The notes under the pieces: model-generated
The model's database searches: none
The model's input: the letters and a program-made list of their open reading frames with translations, nothing else
What the model was told of the DNA's origin: nothing
Made by a program: the position numbers and the translations under genes
Origin: Chloroflexota bacterium
GTDB lineage: Bacteria > Chloroflexota > Chloroflexia > JAMCWQ01
Assembly: GCA_023480825.1 (NCBI GenBank)
Contig: JAMCWQ010000017.1
Location: 1-58,643, forward strand
Length of the DNA stretch: 58,643 nt
Reading direction: 5' to 3'
Shown: positions 41,175-50,358 of the stretch, in pieces
Position numbering within the stretch: position 1 is the stretch's first letter
Layout of the letters: each line of letters starts with the position of its first letter

Positions 41175-43649
41175 TCATGTCGGCAACCGGTAGATGATGA
41201 TCCCCTCCGATTCATAGACCTTCTTGAAGCCAAGTACTTCCTTTCCCAGATACAGGTCTTTTAACGCCGGCCTTAGCTTCCAGTCGGACAGGTGGTCCAA
41301 TTGGAGATAGGTTACGCCATACCGCCGGGCAATCGTCATGATCTGGTCGAAATCCGCATTCGGGATCATCACCGACCGTCTTTCGCTATGGAACGAGACC
41401 TCCCATGGGTTCCTCGTCATCACCACTGCTTCCTGTGGCGTCTGATCGGCGATCCAATCACTTGCCTGCACGATGGCCGTGGGTGATGTGTACACGGAAA
41501 AGTCTCCTCTGAGCTGGTTCACCGAGGGCCAAGCAAGGGCGACAAATACCAAAGGGACCAGGAAGCCGCCAACCCAGGTCGCGGCTCCTCTGTCGCGCGC
41601 CCTCTGGGCGACCAAATCGTTTACCCAGAAAAGGAAGTTCATGCCCAGCAGGTACAACCAGGGAATGAAGAATAGGAAGTAGCGATCTTCGTAATGCCAG
41701 TAAACGCAGACGAAGACAGCCATCACGGCAAAGCTGGCAAGCAGCAGCCACAGGAGTCTCCGTTGCCGGGCGTTGAGTACAAATGCCCCTAGAAGAGCGA
41801 GAGCAAAGGCGAAATAGGAGAATGTGCTGCCGTCAACGAAGTCCTTGGCCAAGTTGCCGAACTCTTGGCTAATGACGTATGTCACCCAGTCAAAACCGTA
41901 GCGTATTAGCAGACCGGGGCCCGGCAGGTTGCCGTAGTAGATGTTGTATATGTTCTCCCACGGGGGATTATACTTCAGTATCCAGGCGTCATAAGATTCG
42001 GTGGAGTACAGCGGGCTATGAAATAGGGCCAGGTTTCGGACAAACCACGGTGATACCACCACCAGGGCTACCGCCGCGGTGATAGCCAGCCAGCTGATAG
42101 AACGGGCTGGGCCGCGCCTACGCCACATGTAGACAAGGCAGAGAAGGGCAATGGCCACCACCAACAACGCGCCGGTGGGTTTTGCTAGTATCAACAGGCC
42201 CGCAAAAACCCCAGAAAGGGCAAACGATGGTATCGTGCCCCAGAAATGGTCCAGACGCCCCAGAACCGGCCCAGAAGTGGACTCCTCTGGCGGGCGGCCC
42301 GCATCGGCATTGCTGAAAAGCGTGAACAAGAACAGCAGGAAGAAAACGGCAAACGGGAGATCGTTGATCGGGTAGGCCACCATACCGACGAAGTACGGGT
42401 GGATGGCAGTCAAGACGGCTGCGGCAAATCCAACCCTCCGGTCGAAAAGCCTCGCTCCCACCAGGTAGATACTGAGCGCCAGCACCATCGACAGGAGCAG
42501 ATTGGGCACCTTCGCAGCCACTACATTGGCCCCACCAACCAGGAATGCCGGGACGAGCAGCAGCGGCTCCAAAGGGGGCCAGGTATCCACCGCATGCCGT
42601 ATTCCCGCCGGATATTGTTGGTAGAACTGGGCTGCGTAGTCGACAGTCATCCCTCGACCAGAGACGATGTTCCGGGCAACGACCCCGCTGTCCGCGTAAT
42701 CGGCATGGCCGATGAAATCCATGTTCGTAATGAGCACAACTTCGAAGACTGCTAACAAGACCAAGAAGCCGGTGAGCATATAGAGAGCAGTACGGCGGTG
42801 TGCAACCCGGCTGATATGAGACTGCAACGCTCGCCCGATAGCCGGCAGGTTATATGCTGAGCCAACCACAGCAAGAGCGACGGCCAGCCAGGGCAGATAC
42901 GCGGCCGCGATGACTCGTTGCAGGGTAAGCCCAATACCCAGCAGCAGTTCGAAGAGACCCGCAGAGATCAGCACTGTGCGGGCGCCGGCATGTAGACTGA
43001 TGAGCAAGAGCTCAAGGATCAATGCAGCGACGATGACATACCCCACAACCGGCAAAGGCGGCGGGGCAAGCGGGGAAAATGCTGTTCCCAGGGGCCGGGC
43101 CGTTATCGAATCCACCATTACTCCCAGAGAACGGGCGTCGCCGGCAGGGGTGAAAGACGCAGACTCGATGCGAAGCTCGATATCGCCGGTCGGAGTCGAA
43201 CGGCCGGGGATGGAGAAGCTGTAAGTTTGCATCGTCCCGCTCGACTGAAAGGACGCAACTTGCTGGCCATCTTCGAAGATCCGCACCACCGGCGGTTTCT
43301 TCCCTACCGGTCTCCATCCGCTCAACCGGACTGAGACCAGCCGCGCCGCCCCATCCGCCACACCAGGAAGGTTGACAATCGAATCACCGGTGGTCCAGCG
43401 GTAGGAATACTCGGCAACTCTCTCATCGCCGTTGAACCCCTGCACATAGGCCTGATCGCCGATTCCGCCGATATCGATGAGCCACTCAGGTTTGTATTGA
43501 TAGCTCATAGCGACCACGACCAGCCCGACCAGTGCGATCACCATGCTGGCCAGCAGCCAGTCGGCCCGGTGTTCATCCAACTTGAGGGACTCAAGGGGTC
43601 TTCGGACCTTGGCTAGCTCTATTTTCTTCTTGGAATTGGCTTCTGTCAC
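41175..43649 (-). CDS. 824-aa GT-C-like (ArnT/PMT_2-type) membrane protein with the N-terminal 'DIGG-YRW-LGV' module and a C-terminal soluble domain
   Basis: The module spans about nt 43091-43502 ('WLIDIGGIGDQAYVQGF...YSYRWTTGDSIVNLPGV...GWRP...QTYSFSIPG...GDARSLGVMVDSI'). The body contains 'HADYADSGVVARNIVSGRG' and more than 12 TM segments. Confidence 0.75.
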   Translation of the reverse strand: MTEANSKKKIELAKVRRPLESLKLDEHRADWLLASMVIALVGLVVVAMSYQYKPEWLIDIGGIGDQAYVQGFNGDERVAEYSYRWTTGDSIVNLPGVADGAARLVSVRLSGWRPVGKKPPVVRIFEDGQQVASFQSSGTMQTYSFSIPGRSTPTGDIELRIESASFTPAGDARSLGVMVDSITARPLGTAFSPLAPPPLPVVGYVIVAALILELLLISLHAGARTVLISAGLFELLLGIGLTLQRVIAAAYLPWLAVALAVVGSAYNLPAIGRALQSHISRVAHRRTALYMLTGFLVLLAVFEVVLITNMDFIGHADYADSGVVARNIVSGRGMTVDYAAQFYQQYPAGIRHAVDTWPPLEPLLLVPAFLVGGANVVAAKVPNLLLSMVLALSIYLVGARLFDRRVGFAAAVLTAIHPYFVGMVAYPINDLPFAVFFLLFLFTLFSNADAGRPPEESTSGPVLGRLDHFWGTIPSFALSGVFAGLLILAKPTGALLVVAIALLCLVYMWRRRGPARSISWLAITAAVALVVVSPWFVRNLALFHSPLYSTESYDAWILKYNPPWENIYNIYYGNLPGPGLLIRYGFDWVTYVISQEFGNLAKDFVDGSTFSYFAFALALLGAFVLNARQRRLLWLLLASFAVMAVFVCVYWHYEDRYFLFFIPWLYLLGMNFLFWVNDLVAQRARDRGAATWVGGFLVPLVFVALAWPSVNQLRGDFSVYTSPTAIVQASDWIADQTPQEAVVMTRNPWEVSFHSERRSVMIPNADFDQIMTIARRYGVTYLQLDHLSDWKLRPALKDLYLGKEVLGFKKVYESEGIIIYRLPT

Positions 43650-43651
43650 GG

Positions 43652-46600
43652 CTAGTATTCCAAGTGCGCTGTAATCTTGATTTTCGCTCCGGATTCTAGT
43701 GCCGGTATAACAATCTGGTCTTTTTGGATTTCCAGTCGCTCCCCATTGGCCGCTGCCGCACTGGCTACGATGCCCGGGAGAGTAAGGGTGGTGCCCGTTA
43801 TTCCATCCTTTCCCGTATTCTGTAATGTTATGGAGAGGTCATTCCCATTTTGAGTCGACTCGACCTTCAGATTGCGCACCGCGAGATAGTGCTCCACGAT
43901 ATTGGTCAGTGTATCGACAACCAAACCATCTTCCCGTTTGGACGCTGCATAGGCAACCACCCGATCCCACATCTGCATCCCATTACTATCTGCCACGGAC
44001 TCAGGGTGCGTCCAAAGGCTGGTAAATCCTCGACGCGCCAGCACCTCATCGATACTCTGGAGAGCCGTCTTCTCGCTATCCGCTGTGTCCTGCAATTCTT
44101 GATCCGGGTACACCAGCAAGGGAGGATTGCTCGCTATGCCGGAGAGTTCGAACGGATCGCCGTACTGGTAAAGTCTCGTCACGGCCAGGACGCCGCGATC
44201 GGCAAGCGCCTGATAGTGCGGCAGAGTGAGGCTATTGCTGGCGGCCCAGGGAAAAGCAAATGTCTTAGCCGGTCCCAAGCCGTGCTCGGACGCTACGCTA
44301 TTCCACTGATCGAGGTCGGTCTTGAACTCCTTCAGCGAGGTCCCGCGTGCATACAGGTGTCCAAACGTATGGGACTCGATATCCTGGCCGGCAGCTATCA
44401 TCTTATCCACCAGATCACCGAAGTACCAACCGGGATCCGTCTGGTACGTGCCATAAGGGTCGAAGCTATACCACGGGTGCTCCGCCCAGTAGTTCGATGC
44501 CCAACCATTCTTCTGGCTGGCCCATTTGTAGGTAGGGTCACCCGCAAATTGCTGATGTTCGGTATTCCCGTAGAGCAGGTCATAGCCGGTGGAATAAAAA
44601 GTCCCTTGCACTCCATACTTCTGGAAGATCGTTAGCAGATTCTCGGCGCCCTGCCTCATCTTTAGCCCATGCTCGGTAGCTCCGCTTACGCTAGGCTCTG
44701 CCGCCCCCCGGGAGTGTATAGCACCGCCCATGGCCGTCTCCCAATCGAAGGTAAATGCCAGCGCGGCCTTCCCGAAGTCCCGAATCGGCTCCACTCTCAC
44801 CCCTGCTTGGGAGAGTCTCACATCGTCGACGAAAGCCGTGCCGTCAGCTGAACGAAAGCGCACACGCAACCCCGTGGCGTCCAAGGGGGCGATGAAACCA
44901 AGGCTGTTCATCCCCCAAAGAGACCCGGCCCTCTGGAAGCTGGAATTGGTTCCAACCGGTTGCCTGAGGTCGTTCTCCCAGATAAAATCCACCCAGTAAG
45001 CCCCATTGCCCGTGGCGTACCAGGTGAGTTGGTGCTGCTGCCCGCTACCTACGTACACTAATGCGGACTCCACCGCTCCTGCGCCGGGTCCCATTTCCGC
45101 CGAGGACTTACTGTTCCGGCCGTTGGAGGCGATGTGCGCTGTCCCGGTGAGCTTCCAGCCTGACGCCGGTCCCGAGGAATCGGTGCTCTCGAAGGAAGCA
45201 TTAGACAGCAGATTGCACCCTGCATCAAGAAGCGCACTTTCTCTCGCGGCATAGTTCCCGCTTGCTTCTGCCGTATAATACCAGGAGAGCGCTCCGATTA
45301 CTGCTATCAGACAGACTGCAGGGACTGCCGCCCGCAAGGGATGGATTTGCCAGGCGGCTTTCGAGTACACCCGGGTCAAGCCGATCATTACCAGCACGGC
45401 CGCGCCCGCTCCACAAGCGAGAAGCAAGTAGATTCCCGTATCGAGGAGCCGGGGGGCGAATGTGTCCAGGGAATGGCTATTCAGTACTGTGCCGAGAGCC
45501 TTGAGCCATTGCTGCTCGGACGCAGGGTGACCGAACATCGCCTGCAAGCTCAAATAGGAACGCACAATGGAGAAGCCCGCCACAGGGGCAATGGCGCCCC
45601 AGGCCGCCACGCGCCAATAGCGGCTTCGTACGCTCAAGACTCGCTCGAATATGACCCCTAGCCCGGCGCCGAGCAAAGGGATGATCGACAGAATGTACCG
45701 AGTGTCTTCAGAGCCGCCCCCTGAGTACGTGCGGTGCATGGACAAGACTCCGAGCAAGATCAGAAAGCCGATCAGGATTAGCGATAGCTCCCGCCACTTC
45801 CTTCTGGCAACGATTGCCAGGCCGGCAAGCGAGAGCAGCAAGATCGGGCTGACGGCAAATATGCCATTTTGCCCGAAGAGGAAGAACCTCAGCCCTTCGA
45901 CAATTGGAGTGGTGTACGTGGTGGACAAGGCGCGCGCCCACTCGAAGTGATACTGGTACGTGTATGATGTGGCCAACGGAGAACCGAAGTTCAACCAGTT
46001 GTAGGCCACTAGCGTTGCCAGCGCCGGCAATGCCCCGGCAATTGCAGTTTCCCAATGCTGGAGCTTGGCCCGCTGTAGCAGGATATATAAGCCGAAGGGA
46101 ATGAACAGCAGGACATTGATATAGTCGACAAGCACCGCATAGCCGAGCAGCAGTCCCGAGCAAAAGAGCAAGGCGGGAAAGCGTGATAGCCTGCGAGAAC
46201 CAGCCCATCTTATGGCCAGGTAGGCAGCGCCCGTCACCAGAGCAGCGGACAAGGCGTGGTTGTAGAAGAGCGTGGAGTACTTCCAGAGCAGGGTACCCAA
46301 GCCCACGAGCAGGGCCGCGACCAGCGCCGAAGGAGCCCTGACACCTAGCTCTCTACCAATTCCGTACATGCCGAGAATGGCAAAAGCTCCGGCAATTGCG
46401 GAGAGCACGCTCACCGAGGATTCCAGCCCGGATTGTCCGATAATTCCCAGCAGCATCAAAGCATCGCCTGCCAGATAGAAAGGAACCGCAAGAAAGGCGG
46501 TCCCTGGGGCCCGGTCCGAGTAGAAATGGCCACCATAGTAGCTCAAGTCTAGGTAGGCATCAGGAGGCGGTATAGAGCCCAAGTCTTGCCTGGCGGTGTA

Positions 46601-46768
46601 GTCGATGTAGTGGTCGATGGCTGTTGAATGATAGTCCACTATAGAACGCGTCAGGGCGAAGTGGCTGCCATCGTTCGTGGAGACAATTCCCGCGGAAGAG
46701 ACAAAGAAGACCCAGCCGACAGCAATTACGAGCAGCGCTAGAAGCCACCTCCGCCACGCCTTAGCCAT
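43652..46768 (-). CDS. 1038-aa fusion: polytopic membrane domain (GT-C-like) plus CBM4_9-like beta-sandwich plus divergent CE4/NodB polysaccharide deacetylase plus C-terminal beta domain
   Basis: aa 1-500 are multi-TM, with 'YYGGHFYSDRAPGTAFLAVPFY'. aa 517-655 contain 'NLLSNASFESTDSSGPASGWKL...', a CBM-like stretch (nt 44804-45220). aa 668-925 form the NodB-like domain, with 'FTFDWE' (nt 44741-44755), 'HTFGH' (nt 44357-44371) and 'LWTHPES'. Confidence 0.7.
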   Translation of the reverse strand: MAKAWRRWLLALLVIAVGWVFFVSSAGIVSTNDGSHFALTRSIVDYHSTAIDHYIDYTARQDLGSIPPPDAYLDLSYYGGHFYSDRAPGTAFLAVPFYLAGDALMLLGIIGQSGLESSVSVLSAIAGAFAILGMYGIGRELGVRAPSALVAALLVGLGTLLWKYSTLFYNHALSAALVTGAAYLAIRWAGSRRLSRFPALLFCSGLLLGYAVLVDYINVLLFIPFGLYILLQRAKLQHWETAIAGALPALATLVAYNWLNFGSPLATSYTYQYHFEWARALSTTYTTPIVEGLRFFLFGQNGIFAVSPILLLSLAGLAIVARRKWRELSLILIGFLILLGVLSMHRTYSGGGSEDTRYILSIIPLLGAGLGVIFERVLSVRSRYWRVAAWGAIAPVAGFSIVRSYLSLQAMFGHPASEQQWLKALGTVLNSHSLDTFAPRLLDTGIYLLLACGAGAAVLVMIGLTRVYSKAAWQIHPLRAAVPAVCLIAVIGALSWYYTAEASGNYAARESALLDAGCNLLSNASFESTDSSGPASGWKLTGTAHIASNGRNSKSSAEMGPGAGAVESALVYVGSGQQHQLTWYATGNGAYWVDFIWENDLRQPVGTNSSFQRAGSLWGMNSLGFIAPLDATGLRVRFRSADGTAFVDDVRLSQAGVRVEPIRDFGKAALAFTFDWETAMGGAIHSRGAAEPSVSGATEHGLKMRQGAENLLTIFQKYGVQGTFYSTGYDLLYGNTEHQQFAGDPTYKWASQKNGWASNYWAEHPWYSFDPYGTYQTDPGWYFGDLVDKMIAAGQDIESHTFGHLYARGTSLKEFKTDLDQWNSVASEHGLGPAKTFAFPWAASNSLTLPHYQALADRGVLAVTRLYQYGDPFELSGIASNPPLLVYPDQELQDTADSEKTALQSIDEVLARRGFTSLWTHPESVADSNGMQMWDRVVAYAASKREDGLVVDTLTNIVEHYLAVRNLKVESTQNGNDLSITLQNTGKDGITGTTLTLPGIVASAAAANGERLEIQKDQIVIPALESGAKIKITAHLEY

Positions 46769-48392
46769 CTTTGTTGATCCTGTAAATGGTGTAGCGCTCG
46801 TGCCGTTCCACTGCTTGAGCTACCATCTCAATCTGAGCTAGTGTATCTTTGGTCAATCGGCCGGCACTCTTAGCGTCCAGAACGAAGTAGTCAGCCATTT
46901 TCACTCTGTCTAATAGCGACTGCTGAGCCGCCGGCTGGTGCATGGTATCCCAGACATCGGCCGTCGATCCTCCGGCATCCGCTGTGACTCCCTGCCCGCT
47001 CTCCGGCGCTTGGCTCAAGGCAACATATATCAGTTGCCCATAACTGTCAACTAAGTAGGTTCCATCGGGCCCGCGCGCCGGCTCCCTCGCTGACAGGAAA
47101 GTGAAAGCAGGATCAAGGGTGAGCATGGTGCTTCCCGGCGGCGTATCGGCCAAGTAACGTGCCACCATCACGTAGATCCGGTCGGCATGAGGCGCCGCAA
47201 AGGCCGAGACTTGGAGCCAGGCAAGGGGAACCAGAGCGAGCGCCATTAGGCCCCCGGCAGCAGCCCAGAGATATTGCCGCTGTCCCCTGGGCAATCTCAG
47301 AATCGAGAATCCAGCGCCGCCGATAAGGGCCAGCGGGGGTGCGACCTGCATGTAATAGTGAGCGTAATAGGACCGGCTGGTGAGCAGGAGAGCGATGCCG
47401 AGCGCCAGCCAGCCGACAACAGGAAACCATCGCTTGCGGCTCTCTCCTCGCAAGACGAACGCGATAACGATCAACCCGATGGTAGCAAGGACGATGGTCA
47501 GAGATGATCCTCCGCCGCCCGTTGTGCTCCACAGCCGCTGCAAGGGGTCAACAATGCCATCGACCGGCCTGGACAGTTGAAAGCTGAGGACCTGCTTCAG
47601 CATTTCTCCGTTGCTTAGTAGCTGGAAGGGCAAGCCCACGGTGACAACCACGCCGGCAAAGACGCCGCCGGCCAGTACAGCTTGAATCCACTTGCGCGCC
47701 AAGAGGATGGTCAAAATCACGACTATAATGGTCAGGACACCAGGGGCTTTGGTGAGGGCCGCCATGGCTGCGAGCAGGCCAGCCACTGCTGCCCAGTAGC
47801 CGCCTTTTCGACTGTCGGCGGCCATCAAGGCGGCGAAGACAGCCGCCAGGGAGAAGAGCGCCAAGGGCGATTCCAGCATCACCTGCCTGTTGCTCTCAAT
47901 GACCATTGCGTCAATGGACCATATGGCCGCCGCTCCCAGGCCGGCCTTCCAACCGCCAAGCTTCCAGGCAATGGCAAATACCAGTGGCACACACAGAGCA
48001 CCCAGAAGGCTGGAGAAGTACCTTGCCATGATGAAAGACGTTGGCGATCCCCATAGGTTGAAATGGTATAGTAGCGCCGGGGAAAACACGTAGGCCGCCA
48101 AGGGAGGATGACCAAAGAAGAAATCCCGGTAGGGAATGGCTCCTTGCAGCGCAAGCTGATTGGCGAGGGCGTAGACCCCTTCGTCCTCGTAGGGCTGCCA
48201 AGTCATCCCGATGGACTGGGGCCAGATCTGACTGAAACGGGCAAAACCGGCGAGCACGGAGATTCCCAGGACGCTGATGGCGAGAGCCACCGGCTGCATG
48301 AAACCACGGGTTGCCGGTGAACCGCCATGGTCGGCTACCGGGTTGACGGGCAAATTGTCCTCAGCCCCTGGTCTGCTGGTTACTCTCTCCAT
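46761..48392 (-). CDS. GT-C glycosyltransferase (GT39/PMT_2/DUF2029-like)
   Basis: The first-loop motif is 'YEDEGVYALANQLALQGAIPYRDFFFGHPPLAAYV'. The protein has about 11 TM segments and a C-terminal soluble domain. Confidence 0.7.
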   Translation of the reverse strand: MERVTSRPGAEDNLPVNPVADHGGSPATRGFMQPVALAISVLGISVLAGFARFSQIWPQSIGMTWQPYEDEGVYALANQLALQGAIPYRDFFFGHPPLAAYVFSPALLYHFNLWGSPTSFIMARYFSSLLGALCVPLVFAIAWKLGGWKAGLGAAAIWSIDAMVIESNRQVMLESPLALFSLAAVFAALMAADSRKGGYWAAVAGLLAAMAALTKAPGVLTIIVVILTILLARKWIQAVLAGGVFAGVVVTVGLPFQLLSNGEMLKQVLSFQLSRPVDGIVDPLQRLWSTTGGGGSSLTIVLATIGLIVIAFVLRGESRKRWFPVVGWLALGIALLLTSRSYYAHYYMQVAPPLALIGGAGFSILRLPRGQRQYLWAAAGGLMALALVPLAWLQVSAFAAPHADRIYVMVARYLADTPPGSTMLTLDPAFTFLSAREPARGPDGTYLVDSYGQLIYVALSQAPESGQGVTADAGGSTADVWDTMHQPAAQQSLLDRVKMADYFVLDAKSAGRLTKDTLAQIEMVAQAVERHERYTIYRINKDG

Positions 48393-48395
48393 GAC

Positions 48396-49382
48396 CTAGT
48401 CTCCGGCCAAGGCTTTCGCCCGCTTCGCCTCCAACCGCGCTGGATAACGCAGCCAGACTAGGAATCCGGTTCCGAGGTTTGTCAGGTTCAAGACGAGGAT
48501 CAAGGCGGAAACGCTAATGGCATATTCCGGCTGGAACCCTAATTGTTGGAAGATCACTATCAGAGTCACGTCCCTCGTGCCGATTCCACCAACTGAAACG
48601 GGGATGAGGGAGGCGATCGTAGCCAACGAGGCGACGGCGACCAGTTGCACGGGACCGATGGAAAGCCCAAGTGCCGGGAAGAACAAGTAGACCCGAAAGA
48701 ACGACAGCGCGAACGACAGAACTGTGATGACGCTCACTTCGACAATTGTGCTCTTCGACATGGTGAGCATATCGAGGTGCTCGCGTGAGATGTAGCGCTG
48801 AATGAAGCCCTTCACTCTTGGCGGCAGCAAATGTTTGGAGATGGCGCTGAATACCGCGCTGCGAAAGCGCGAGCTCACCAGGAAGGCAACGGCGATCAGT
48901 ACCACGGCGATTACGAGCACCAATACGGCGAGCTCGCTTTGGAAAGCGGCCCAGAACACAAAGACACTCGAGAGAGCGAAGAAGGCAAGGATTACGATGT
49001 CGAACAACCTGTCGAGAACGACGCTGGCAAGCGAGGGAGCCAGCCCATTCCCCAGCGCCTTCAAATACCATGCTTTTACAGCATCTCCCGCCTGGCCTGG
49101 AGTGAAACTACCGGCGGAGAGGCCAATGGAGTAAAGCTGCCAAGCGGCGGAGAATGACAATTCGATGCCATAGCTCCTAAGGATGACTATCCAACGCCAC
49201 GACTTGATGGCGATGAAGGGAATCACCAGCAGTATGGAGATGATGACCAGAGTAGGATTGACCCTTAGCAAGCTATCAGCCAACTGCTGGACATCTACCA
49301 GACGGTAGACGATCGCGGCGAACACGAGCGTGCCGACGACCCGTAGGACCCATTTGAGCCAGCTAGAGTTTAGCTTTGCCAT
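48396..49382 (-). CDS. UPF0104 / LPG-synthase-TM-type 'flippase-like' membrane protein
   Basis: The 328-aa protein has about 8 TM segments. The motif 'FIAIKSWRWIVILRSYGIELSFSAAWQLYSIGLSAGSFTPGQAGDAVKAWYLK' fits this family, which commonly accompanies polyprenyl-phosphate GT2 enzymes. Confidence 0.65.
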   Translation of the reverse strand: MAKLNSSWLKWVLRVVGTLVFAAIVYRLVDVQQLADSLLRVNPTLVIISILLVIPFIAIKSWRWIVILRSYGIELSFSAAWQLYSIGLSAGSFTPGQAGDAVKAWYLKALGNGLAPSLASVVLDRLFDIVILAFFALSSVFVFWAAFQSELAVLVLVIAVVLIAVAFLVSSRFRSAVFSAISKHLLPPRVKGFIQRYISREHLDMLTMSKSTIVEVSVITVLSFALSFFRVYLFFPALGLSIGPVQLVAVASLATIASLIPVSVGGIGTRDVTLIVIFQQLGFQPEYAISVSALILVLNLTNLGTGFLVWLRYPARLEAKRAKALAGD

Positions 49383-49388
49383 GAGTCT

Positions 49389-50312
49389 CTATTCTTTCCG
49401 TTCAAAGCGCATGGCCGCTATTTGTTCTGAGACCAGACCCATGAGGAATATGATGATGCTCATGCTGATAAGGAGCGCGGAGGAATTGGTGATATGGACC
49501 TCCGTCCAAATCGTATAGGCCGCGTACCCTGCCCCGAGCAAGAACGACAAGAGGCTAATTGGGAAGAATATACGGAGCGGACTGTACAGCGTGATGATTT
49601 TGAAGATTATCATCGTGAACTTGGTGCCGTCGCGCGCCAGCTTTATCTTGCTCTTGCCGATTCGCTTGTGAGCCTTGATAGGCACGAATTTCACGCTATA
49701 CCCGGCTTTGATGAAAGCGAGCGTGCTCGTGGTGGGATAAGAGAAGCCGTTCGGCAGCAGGTGGATGAACTCCATTATCATCTCCCGCTTCATCGCCCGA
49801 AAGCCGGAAGTCAAATCGGGAATCTCCCGGCCGACCATGTAGCTGGCCAGGCGATTGAGGACCCAATTCCCTAGGTCTCGCTGCACGGCAGTGTCGGAGT
49901 CGCCGGACCGGGCGCCGACGACAAGGTCATAGTCCGGAATGTATGATAGCAACCGGCGAATATCATCTGCGTCGTGCTGCCCGTCGGCATCCATTAGCAA
50001 GACCACTTCCCCGGTAGCGTTTCGAATCCCGGTCTTCACCGCAGCGCCGTTGCCCTTGTTGTAGGGATGTCGAATGACCCTGGCGCCATGGTCGGCGGCG
50101 ACTGCCGCAGTGTCATCACCGGACGCATCGTCCACGACGAGCACTTCAGCATCCGGGCAGATGCCCCTGACCTTGCTTACTACGGCGCCAATCGCCTGTC
50201 CCTCGTTGTAAGCCGGAATGACGATCGTCAACGTGAATGATAGCCCGTTCACCGGCTCGGGATGCAGCGCCTCCGTGGTTTGGGGTTCAGTCTCTGTCTG
50301 TTGCAGCTGCAA
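49389..50312 (-). CDS. GT2 polyprenyl-phosphate sugar synthase (GtrB/ArnC/DPM1-like) with two C-terminal TM helices
   Basis: Motifs are 'TIVIPAYNEGQAI', 'VLVVDDASGDDT', 'NKGNGAAVKTGI' and 'LMDADGQHD'. The C-terminal region reads 'IIFKIITLYSPLRIFFPISLLSFLLGAGY...ALLISMSIIIFLMGLVSEQIA'. The ORF-track start is a TTG, and an in-frame GTG alternative lies further in. Confidence 0.85.
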   Translation of the reverse strand: MQLQQTETEPQTTEALHPEPVNGLSFTLTIVIPAYNEGQAIGAVVSKVRGICPDAEVLVVDDASGDDTAAVAADHGARVIRHPYNKGNGAAVKTGIRNATGEVVLLMDADGQHDADDIRRLLSYIPDYDLVVGARSGDSDTAVQRDLGNWVLNRLASYMVGREIPDLTSGFRAMKREMIMEFIHLLPNGFSYPTTSTLAFIKAGYSVKFVPIKAHKRIGKSKIKLARDGTKFTMIIFKIITLYSPLRIFFPISLLSFLLGAGYAAYTIWTEVHITNSSALLISMSIIIFLMGLVSEQIAAMRFERKE

Positions 50313-50358
50313 TTTGCGCTTTTCCCCTTCTCAGGATTCGGCAAGATTTAGTTCACAG

